Program-made: the position numbers and the translations under genes
Source: Polyangiaceae bacterium
GTDB taxonomy: Bacteria; Myxococcota_A; Polyangia; Polyangiales; Polyangiaceae
Assembly: GCA_044222475.1 (NCBI GenBank)
Contig: JBGANF010000121.1
Coordinates: forward strand, 1 to 23,567
Length of the DNA stretch: 23,567 nucleotides
Reading direction: 5' to 3'
The notes under the pieces: generated by a model
Database searches by the model: none
What the model was told of the DNA's origin: nothing
What the model saw: the letters and a program-made list of their open reading frames with translations, nothing else
Part shown: in pieces, positions 16,772 to 23,567 of the stretch
Numbering within the stretch: position 1 is the first letter of the stretch
Layout of the letters: each line of letters starts with the position of its first letter

Positions 16772-18436
16772 ATGATGTCAGCCCGTACGCCCTCGGTTGT
16801 GATCGCCGCGCTCCTCCTCGCAGGCTGTGGCAGCGACGACTTCGTGACTCCGACGCCGCAGAAGGTGAAGGTCACGGTCGTCGTCGTGGGCGCGGGCACC
16901 GTGACCTCGGGTGACGGGAGCATCGCCTGCGGCGGCGCCTCGACGAGCTGCACCGTCGATCTGACGCTGCCGGCGACGGGTGGCGCCAGCCTCGCTCTGA
17001 CCGCCACGCCGACGGTCGCTGCTCGCTTCACCGGGTGGTCGGGGTCGTGCGCGAAGAACCCGGTCTGCAACCTCGTCGTCACCGATCCGATCACGGTGAC
17101 GGCCACGTTCGAGCCCAAGGTCGAGCTCACCGTCGACTATCAGCTCGATCCCGACGCCACCTCGACGATCGCCTCCGTGCCGCCGGGCATCTCGGCGACG
17201 AAGACCGGGATCACGAGCGCGTTCTTCGATCCGGGCACGCAGGTCGTCCTTTCGTTGAAGCTTCCGGCCGAAGGTGAAGCGTTCCGCTTCTCGGGAGCGT
17301 GCACCGGCGTCAACGGCGGACCGAACGGCGCGACGTGCTCGGTCACCCTCGACACCGCGAAGACGGTGAAGGTGCGGGCGGCCCGCTACAACTACGCGTT
17401 CCTGACGTCGACCAAGCAAGGCGCGAACCTCGGCGGCCTCACCGGCGCCGACGTCACGTGCAACGCGCTCGCGACCGCGGCCGGGCTGCCGGGGAACTAC
17501 GCCGCGTTCTTGTCGACGGAAACCGTCGATGCGAAGTCCCGGCTCGGGACGGCGGACGGATGGCGGCGCACGGACGGCGTGCCGTTCATCGTCTCCAAGG
17601 CCGATGCGTTCGGCGCGGGATCGATCAGAGCGGCCCTCATGCACGACGAAAGCGGGAAGATCCCGGCCGGCCTCGACGCAGCGTTCGAGCGCACGTTCAC
17701 CGGAAGTCTCGGCGACGGCACGAAGCTCAACTACGCGAACAACGATCACTGCGGCGACTGGACGACGACGACCGGTCAGGTCAGCCAGGGTGCTGCACCC
17801 ATCAGCGGGCGCGTCTGGCTCACCGCCGGCGCGGGACCCTGCGCCGCATCGCTGCGGTATGCGTGCTTCGGCACCGACCTCGCCCACCCGCTGCCCGCGC
17901 CGGTCGCGCCCGGCGGTGCGCGTCGCGGCTTCCTCTCGAACGGAACCGTGACTCCGAGTCAGGGGATCGCGGCGTTCGATCAGCTGTGCCAGGCGGAGGC
18001 GAACGGCGCCGGGCTCGCCAACAGCGGCAAGTTCCTCGCGCTCGTCGCGCCGTCGAACGGTACGTCGGCCGCCTCGCGCTTCGACGCGACCAAGGGGCCG
18101 TGGATCGGAACCGACGACGTTCCGCTCGCCGTCGACGCAAAAGCGTTCATGGAGCAGTCCCCTTGGATCGCGGGGATTCACCGGGCCGCCGGGGGCACGC
18201 CCAACTCCGGCGTCCCGGCCGTGCTCACCGGCTACCGCGTCACCTCGACCCTGACGACGCCAAGACCGACCGACCCGGGCAACTACACGTGCACCGGTTG
18301 GACCTCGAACGACGGCGGAACCAAGGCCGGCTTCGGTCAGGCCAGCTTCGCCGGCCACTATGCGATGAGCTACCTCGAGTCGGACGCCACGCAGACGTGC
18401 GCCACTTCGTACCGGCTCTTCTGCCTCGAGAACTGA
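16772..18436 (+). CDS. Lipoprotein with two InlB-B/bacterial-repeat beta domains and two DUF1554/endostatin-like domains
   Basis: Lipobox 'LLAG-C'. Repeat 'GAGTVTS...LTATP...FTGWSGSC...VTATF' plus a second copy. Endostatin-like motifs 'YAFLTS...NLGGLTGADVTCNALATAAGLPGNYAAFLS' and 'GFLSNG...GIAAFDQLCQAEA...LFCLE'. Confidence 0.85.
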   Translation: MMSARTPSVVIAALLLAGCGSDDFVTPTPQKVKVTVVVVGAGTVTSGDGSIACGGASTSCTVDLTLPATGGASLALTATPTVAARFTGWSGSCAKNPVCNLVVTDPITVTATFEPKVELTVDYQLDPDATSTIASVPPGISATKTGITSAFFDPGTQVVLSLKLPAEGEAFRFSGACTGVNGGPNGATCSVTLDTAKTVKVRAARYNYAFLTSTKQGANLGGLTGADVTCNALATAAGLPGNYAAFLSTETVDAKSRLGTADGWRRTDGVPFIVSKADAFGAGSIRAALMHDESGKIPAGLDAAFERTFTGSLGDGTKLNYANNDHCGDWTTTTGQVSQGAAPISGRVWLTAGAGPCAASLRYACFGTDLAHPLPAPVAPGGARRGFLSNGTVTPSQGIAAFDQLCQAEANGAGLANSGKFLALVAPSNGTSAASRFDATKGPWIGTDDVPLAVDAKAFMEQSPWIAGIHRAAGGTPNSGVPAVLTGYRVTSTLTTPRPTDPGNYTCTGWTSNDGGTKAGFGQASFAGHYAMSYLESDATQTCATSYRLFCLEN

Positions 18437-18442
18437 CGCTCG

Positions 18443-19444
18443 TCAGAGGTGCACGACGCCCGCCGGAGCGGCATCGTCGGTGAGGATCTCGAACGCGGCG
18501 CGGTTCGCGGTCGTCAACGTGCGCACACTGCCGTCGCGCTCGACCGTGAGCTTGCAGAATGCAAGCTTCGAGTTGAGGCACGTCTTCGTCCCGCCCGGCG
18601 GGTTCGGGTAGGGCAGGGCCACGAACGACGAAGCCGGCGCGGACAGCACGGCCGAGATGCGGACGTCGCGATCGCGCGTGGCGAGCTCCCAGTGGAACGG
18701 CGCGTAGCTCGCGCGCGCGCGCACCGCGAGGAGCGCGCTGCTCAAGAGATGATCGCGCCCGTCGAGGCGAAGCACGACGCCGGTGAGCCGCGGGGTGCGG
18801 ACCGGCCCGAACTTGTACCGAGCGGTGCCCGCCTCGAAGTACGCGTCGGGCGCGTCGTCGAAGCCGGCAATCTGGCACCACGCGTACGCGTCGGTGTGAG
18901 CGCTGCCCCAGTTGTGGCTCTGCGCGCCGACCCACCCGTCGATCGCGATCCGCTCGCCGTCGACGACGAGCGATCCCCGATAGACGGCGCACGGCGATGG
19001 CGTCGTCTGCTTGGCCTTCGGGAACGCGCGCGGGATCATCTCCGCCGGCACGAGCAGGATGGGCTTCTGCGGCGACTCGTACTCGAGATCCCACGCGAGG
19101 GCGTGGGCCTTCGTGCGCGCCGAGCCGCGCAGCGAAGCTCCGTCCAGCTTCGACTCGGCGACGCGAACGGCGAGGCCGGTGCGCGAGAACTCGCACTCGG
19201 CGATCGGGTGCTCTTCCTTCACCGCGGCGATCGTCTTCTTCTCGCCGTCGAAGCTGATCGCCCAGAGCTCGCCCAGCGCGGCCTCCGGCCGGTGGATCGG
19301 CGAGAAGATCGTGTAGCGGATCCAGAACGCGAGCGGACGCGAAGGGTGGTTCGCGCGCATGAACCAGCTCTCGTAGTGACCGGCGCTGGACGCTCGGTCG
19401 TGCCGAGTCCGGTTCCATTCGTCGCGTTCGTTGCGCTGGTTCAT
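18443..19444 (-). CDS. Tocopherol-cyclase/AttH-like (lipocalin-fold) hypothetical protein
   Basis: Motifs 'GHYESWF', 'FWIRYT', 'LAWDLEY' and 'GAQSHNWGSAHTDAYAWCQ' resemble the tocopherol cyclase/CrtC 'E.W(Y/F)...(K/H)NWG' signatures. It starts 7 bp after the GMC stop and has a GAGGG SD. Confidence 0.65.
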   Translation of the reverse strand: MNQRNERDEWNRTRHDRASSAGHYESWFMRANHPSRPLAFWIRYTIFSPIHRPEAALGELWAISFDGEKKTIAAVKEEHPIAECEFSRTGLAVRVAESKLDGASLRGSARTKAHALAWDLEYESPQKPILLVPAEMIPRAFPKAKQTTPSPCAVYRGSLVVDGERIAIDGWVGAQSHNWGSAHTDAYAWCQIAGFDDAPDAYFEAGTARYKFGPVRTPRLTGVVLRLDGRDHLLSSALLAVRARASYAPFHWELATRDRDVRISAVLSAPASSFVALPYPNPPGGTKTCLNSKLAFCKLTVERDGSVRTLTTANRAAFEILTDDAAPAGVVHL

Positions 19445-19451
19445 CGAGCCC

Positions 19452-21353
19452 TCACGATAGCCGCGACGAGATGATCTCACCGGCGCGAAGTGCGGTCGCC
19501 ATGATCGTCATCTGCGGGTTCACGCCGAGCGGGCCGGCGATCACGCTGCCGTCGGCGATGTAGAGCGAGCTCACCTCGTGCGTCTCGTGATCCGGGCCGA
19601 CGACGCTTCGGTGCGGGTTGAGGCCCATCTTGCAGGTGCCGAGGAGGTGGTACGCGCTCACTTCCATGTCGCCGGGAGCGAACCGCGCCTTGCGGATGCG
19701 CTCGACGTCCGCCGGGGTCACCTCTTCGAAGCCGTGCGCCATCGGGAGCACGCGCTTCGCGCCGGCGGCGAAGAAGATCTCGCAGAGGGTCGCCAGACCG
19801 CGGCCCATGCGATCGAGGTCTTCGCGGTTCATGTTGTACGTCACGAGGGGCGAGCCTCTCGGACCAGGGCGCACGCGCCCGCGCGACGTGTCTTCGATCA
19901 TGAACCCGAACGTCGCGACGTGCGGGTAGAGCTCCATGAGCTCCATGAACTTCGGGCCGACCCACGGGACCGCGAGCGCGGTGACGTCGAGCGGGGTCGA
20001 CGCGCCCTCGAAGACGATCGCGTCGTCGGTCGGGTGTTCGACCGCGTAGCCCTGGGGGATCCCGCGCGCCATGTCGATGACCTCGTCGAAGACGGCCATC
20101 GCCTTCGTCGCGGGGTGGATCGTGAGGTTCTTGCCGACCTCGGGGCTCTGGAGGAGCCCCGTCTTCTGGATGAGGATCGGCGTCATCAGCGCGCCGCCGG
20201 CGAGGACGACTGCCTCGGCTTTGACCTTGAACGTTCGGCCGGACGCGAGCTTGCCGTGGACGCCGCGTGCGCGGCCAAGGGCGACGTCGACCCCGGACAC
20301 GTGGGCGCTCGTCACCAGCTGCGCACCGCGCTGCAGGGCGGCGGGGACGTAGCTCACGTCGGTCGATCGCTTCGCGCCGGTGGGGCAACCAAAGCAGCAC
20401 ACGCCCTGGCCGTCGCACCCGGGCGCGTTGCGGGGGAGGGTGGAGTGCCTCATCCCAAGTTGGGACGCGCCGCGCGCGACGACGCGCCCGACTCCGCCGG
20501 TGAGCGCCATCGTCGCCGGCTCGACCTGGAGCATGGCCTCGACCTTCTCGTAGTAGGGCGCCATCGACTCGCTCGAGAACCACGAGAGCCCGAGCTTCTC
20601 GCGCCAGCGGCGGAACGTGCGCTCCGGCGTGCGGTAGCAGGTGCCGGAGTTGATGAGCGTCGTCCCGCCGACCGCGCGTCCGGCCCAGATGGGGATCCCC
20701 ACGTTGCCGAGCGCGACGGTCATCCCGTGGTCGCGGTAGAGCTTGTTCGACATCTCGGTCGCGCGGGTCGTGAACGACGATCGGCGGTGGTACTCGCCCT
20801 CCTCGAGGAGCAGCACCGCGTGGCCGCGCGACACGAGCTCGTGCGCGCACGCCGCACCGCCGGCGCCGGTGCCGACGACGACGACCTCGCACTCGAGCTC
20901 GAGGTCTTCGTCGACCTCTTTGCCGTTCACCACCTGCTCCATCCACCGCGCGGGCTCGTCGCGGACGGGCTCGCGGGTCGAGCCATGCGGGCAGCCGACG
21001 TGAGCGAACATCTTCGGATCGTCGAAGTGGGCCGCCTTGATCGGCGTCAGGAGCACGCGGAGGAGCGAGCGGCTCATGTGGCTGCTCGACTCCTGCCAGG
21101 CTTCGAGGAAACGGGCGGCCTCCTCGGTGGTGAGCGCGGTGAACGTGCGACCGGTGAACGGGACCGGCGCGGTCTCGGCGGCCCACAGCAGCGCGCGGGC
21201 GCCCCGCGCCGCGGACGTGCTGGTGCCGGCGAGCCACGTGCGCAGCCGCTCGATGGTGGCTTCTCCGCCCCCTTCGAGGAACTTCCCGGGGGGGAGCGCC
21301 GCGGTGGCGAGGGCGAGCGCGATCTTGGCTTCTTGGGGGCTTAGGCTGGTCAC
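19452..21353 (-). CDS. GMC family FAD oxidoreductase (long-chain alcohol oxidase-like) with N-terminal extension
   Basis: Motifs 'VVVVGTGAGG...LLLEEG', 'GRAVGGTTLINSGTC', 'CDGQGVCCFGCP', 'YHLLGTCKMG', 'LYIADGSV' and 'GVNPQMTI'. GTG 21353 is preferred because TTG 21395 lies within the promoter/operator region. Confidence 0.93.
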   Translation of the reverse strand: MTSLSPQEAKIALALATAALPPGKFLEGGGEATIERLRTWLAGTSTSAARGARALLWAAETAPVPFTGRTFTALTTEEAARFLEAWQESSSHMSRSLLRVLLTPIKAAHFDDPKMFAHVGCPHGSTREPVRDEPARWMEQVVNGKEVDEDLELECEVVVVGTGAGGAACAHELVSRGHAVLLLEEGEYHRRSSFTTRATEMSNKLYRDHGMTVALGNVGIPIWAGRAVGGTTLINSGTCYRTPERTFRRWREKLGLSWFSSESMAPYYEKVEAMLQVEPATMALTGGVGRVVARGASQLGMRHSTLPRNAPGCDGQGVCCFGCPTGAKRSTDVSYVPAALQRGAQLVTSAHVSGVDVALGRARGVHGKLASGRTFKVKAEAVVLAGGALMTPILIQKTGLLQSPEVGKNLTIHPATKAMAVFDEVIDMARGIPQGYAVEHPTDDAIVFEGASTPLDVTALAVPWVGPKFMELMELYPHVATFGFMIEDTSRGRVRPGPRGSPLVTYNMNREDLDRMGRGLATLCEIFFAAGAKRVLPMAHGFEEVTPADVERIRKARFAPGDMEVSAYHLLGTCKMGLNPHRSVVGPDHETHEVSSLYIADGSVIAGPLGVNPQMTIMATALRAGEIISSRLS

Positions 21354-21367
21354 GGCAGGGGAATTGG

Positions 21368-21395
21368 AGTATAAGTGGTCGGACCACCCGGCCAA
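21368..21395. promoter_or_regulatory. FadR-type operator within the divergent GMC/regulator promoter region
   Basis: Palindrome GTGGTC-G-GACCAC (21375-21387) matches the FadR core TGGTCnGACCA. It lies between minus-strand TTGGCC (21395-21390) and TATACT (21373-21368). Confidence 0.8.
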
Positions 21396-21403
21396 AAGGA
21401 AAA

Positions 21404-22138
21404 ATGATGTTTCGTGCTCTCCGGCGGGTTCGCGCGAGCGAACAGGTCGCCGACGAAGTGACCGGTCGCATCCTCGATGGCGATCTCCTGCCGGGCGACA
21501 AGCTCCCCGGTGAGCGCGAGCTCGCCGATCAGTTCCAGGTCAACCGCTCGACCGTGCGCGAGGCGATCAAGTCGCTCACCGATCTGGGGCTCGTCGTCGC
21601 GCGCCACGGCGGCGGCACCGTCGTGCAGGACTACATGCGCCGCGCCGGGCTGCAGATCCTTCCGTACCTCTTCCTCCGCGGCGACAAGAACGGCGAGCTC
21701 CTGCGATCGGTGCTCGAGTCGCGGCGCATCTTCGCCGTCGAGGTCACGCGCCTCGCCGGCCTGCGCGCGGGCAAGCGCGAGATCGCGAAGCTGCGGGAGC
21801 TCCTCGGCGAGATGCACGAGAAGCGCGCGGACACGGTGCGCTTTCAGGCGCTCGACTACGACTTCATCCAGATGCTCGCGAAGGCCAGTGAGAACTGGGT
21901 CTTTCGGTTGATCACGAACTCGGTGCGGCCCATCTACGACGAGCGCCCGGAGCTGTTCGTCGCGCTCGTGGCCGACGCCGATCGCGTGGTGGCGGGCTAT
22001 CGCGCCGTCGTCGACGCGCTCGACGAGGGCGACGGTGATCGCGCGGCGAAGGAGATCGAGAAGGTCATGCGCAACGGTGAAGCGAAGCTCGAAGCGGCGC
22101 TCGGTCTCGCGCCGGAGAAGAAAGGAAAGAAGCGATGA
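21404..22138 (+). CDS. GntR/FadR family transcriptional regulator (FadR-like); start 21404 or 21407
   Basis: wHTH 'PGDKLPGERELADQFQVNRSTVREAIKSL...RHGGGTVV'. C-terminal 'ALDYDFIQMLAKASENWVFRLITNS'. Confidence 0.93.
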   Translation: MMFRALRRVRASEQVADEVTGRILDGDLLPGDKLPGERELADQFQVNRSTVREAIKSLTDLGLVVARHGGGTVVQDYMRRAGLQILPYLFLRGDKNGELLRSVLESRRIFAVEVTRLAGLRAGKREIAKLRELLGEMHEKRADTVRFQALDYDFIQMLAKASENWVFRLITNSVRPIYDERPELFVALVADADRVVAGYRAVVDALDEGDGDRAAKEIEKVMRNGEAKLEAALGLAPEKKGKKR

Positions 22139-22584
22139 CGACCCTACGGTTCGACGAGGAGATGCGCGGCGTCACCGCGGATGGGCGGAAGCTCGTCCTT
22201 CGATTGCACGTCGAGGCGCGCCACTACCGGCGGATGTTCACCGCGAAGACGATGGACCTTCGGGGCGAGGTCGACCTGGAGCGGGTCGCGCGCGGAGCAC
22301 CGCTCGAGGGCACGCTGATCGTGGGGATGCCGTGGCAGCGCATCATGCGGTACGAGCTCGCGTTCCGCGGGGACGACGGCGCGCGGTATCGCTTCGTCGG
22401 AAAGAAGAACGTGCGCTTCTTCTCGCCGAAGGAGACGCTGACGACGCTCACCGGGGAGATCACCCGCGACGGCGAGCACTACACGAACGCCACCGTCACG
22501 TTCGATTGGTCGGACCTGAAGGAGTTCCTGACCAGCTTCCGGCTCGGGGATGGTCCGCCCTTGTTCCGGCGCCTCATGGCGTGA
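22135..22584 (+). CDS. Hypothetical protein resembling the accessory beta-domain appended to some cholesterol-oxidase-like GMC enzymes
   Basis: ATGA overlap with the regulator. The pattern 'LRFDEEMRG...MRYELAF..DDG.RYRF.G.K.V...TLTTL...EFL.SFR' is recalled from such domains, not searched. Confidence 0.7.
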   Translation: MTTLRFDEEMRGVTADGRKLVLRLHVEARHYRRMFTAKTMDLRGEVDLERVARGAPLEGTLIVGMPWQRIMRYELAFRGDDGARYRFVGKKNVRFFSPKETLTTLTGEITRDGEHYTNATVTFDWSDLKEFLTSFRLGDGPPLFRRLMA

Positions 22585-22940
22585 TCGACAGGACTGCCGC
22601 GGCAGCGGCTTCGAGGGATCCGCTCTCGCTTCTGTGTCGCCTCGCGACGAGCGTGCCGCCTCCGCGCCGGCAAGCCCCTGGCGTTCACGCATCGCGCCGC
22701 CGAAGGCCGCCGCTCTCGAGGCGGCGAGAACGCGACCGACGACGACAGGCCCCGCCGCCGCAGCACTACTGAGCTCCGTTACCTCGGTCTCGTCGTCCGC
22801 GCACTCCCACGCATCCGTGGAGACCGCGTCGTGCGTGTTCAGACAGATCGGGACGCGAAGCCCGACACGCGAGACGAGGGACAGCGCGGAGTGAAGCGAG
22901 GCTCCGCCACGAAATAAAGCCGCGGTGATACGATCCAAGC

Positions 22941-23330
22941 ATGTGGATGTCGCCCTGCCGATGCGGCCGTCTCGTTCGCGGTGCCGATGCGAAGTGTCCG
23001 TTCTGTGGGGTCGTCGTCGCCCACGTCACTCCAGTTCCGCGCCGCCGGCGGCTGGGACGCGCGGCGCTGCTTGCCAGCGCAGCAGTCCTCGCCGGCTGCA
23101 CCTCCGACACCTCGGACCCGTCGGATCCCGCGGATGCGTGGGTGGACCGGTATGCCGACGCGCCTCATCCCGAGTATGGGAGCCCGTGCCTCGTTCTCGA
23201 CATCGGGTGCCCCCCTCCAGTCGAAGCGAGCGCACCGGACGCGGGTGACGCGTCGGACGGCGACGCGACGTCGGACGGCGACGCGACGTCGGACGGCGAC
23301 GCGACGACCGACGCTCCAGATGGCGACTGA
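22941..23330 (+). CDS. Small Cys-knuckle lipoprotein with EYGxP motif and acidic repeat tail
   Basis: N-terminus 'PCRCGRLVR...CPFCG', then 'RRRRLGRAALLASAAVLAG-C', 'PEYGSPC' and (SDGDAT)x3. Preceded by an extended -10, TGaTACGAT, 6 nt upstream of the ATG. Confidence 0.75.
   Translation: MWMSPCRCGRLVRGADAKCPFCGVVVAHVTPVPRRRRLGRAALLASAAVLAGCTSDTSDPSDPADAWVDRYADAPHPEYGSPCLVLDIGCPPPVEASAPDAGDASDGDATSDGDATSDGDATTDAPDGD
23253..23306 (+). repeat. Perfect 18-bp tandem repeat x3 (coding VNTR)
   Basis: TCGGACGGCGACGCGACG at 23253, 23271 and 23289. Confidence 0.95.
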
Positions 23331-23377
23331 ACTCGACAAAGCTCATCGCGCCCGACCGTCACGCTCGAAGCGTAGCC

Positions 23378-23567
<190 letters not shown>

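Noticed and set aside
6092..21501. Other long alternative-frame ORFs (6092..8224, 13641..15365, 16778..18358, 19477..21501, 19578..21344)
   Set aside because: They are shadow ORFs overlapping motif-supported genes.
22585..22940. Possible small minus-strand gene ('...WECADDETEVTELSS...PSKPLPR') in the 356-bp gap
   Set aside because: There is no convincing start or SD, and the frame runs about 440 bp antisense into the 22135..22584 gene. The gap remains unexplained, so a small gene or RNA cannot be excluded.
23253..23306. CRISPR-like array
   Set aside because: The repeats are contiguous with no spacers, lie in frame in a CDS, and no cas genes are present.

Overview
This is a GC-rich bacterial chromosomal segment. 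Its gene style (many Cys-lipobox proteins with acidic DAG/DAS linkers, FG-GAP and endostatin-like domains) suggests a myxobacterium, probably Polyangiales; that assignment is inference. From left to right it holds: a 5'-truncated RelE/HigB-like toxin with an XRE antitoxin; an intergenic cluster of GCGAAGC hairpins; a TetR-MFP-RND efflux operon with no outer-membrane factor and a clear palindromic operator; a block of eight predicted lipoproteins interspersed with a ClpA/C-type AAA+ ATPase and a hemolysin-III/TrhA gene; and a divergent FadR-like/GMC-oxidoreductase locus with a perfect FadR-type operator. A small Cys-rich EYGxP lipoprotein and the 3' end of a Streptomyces-type cholesterol oxidase (absent from the ORF track) close the window. 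The most notable observations are: (1) a recurring TANNNT-6/7 nt-start motif implying leaderless transcription of the lipoprotein genes; (2) a candidate acyl-CoA/FadR-controlled lipid or sterol oxidation module; (3) a Clp ATPase lacking the first pore-loop tyrosine. I found no rRNA, tRNA, CRISPR array, transposase or integrase. All family calls are by motif recognition; no searches were run.
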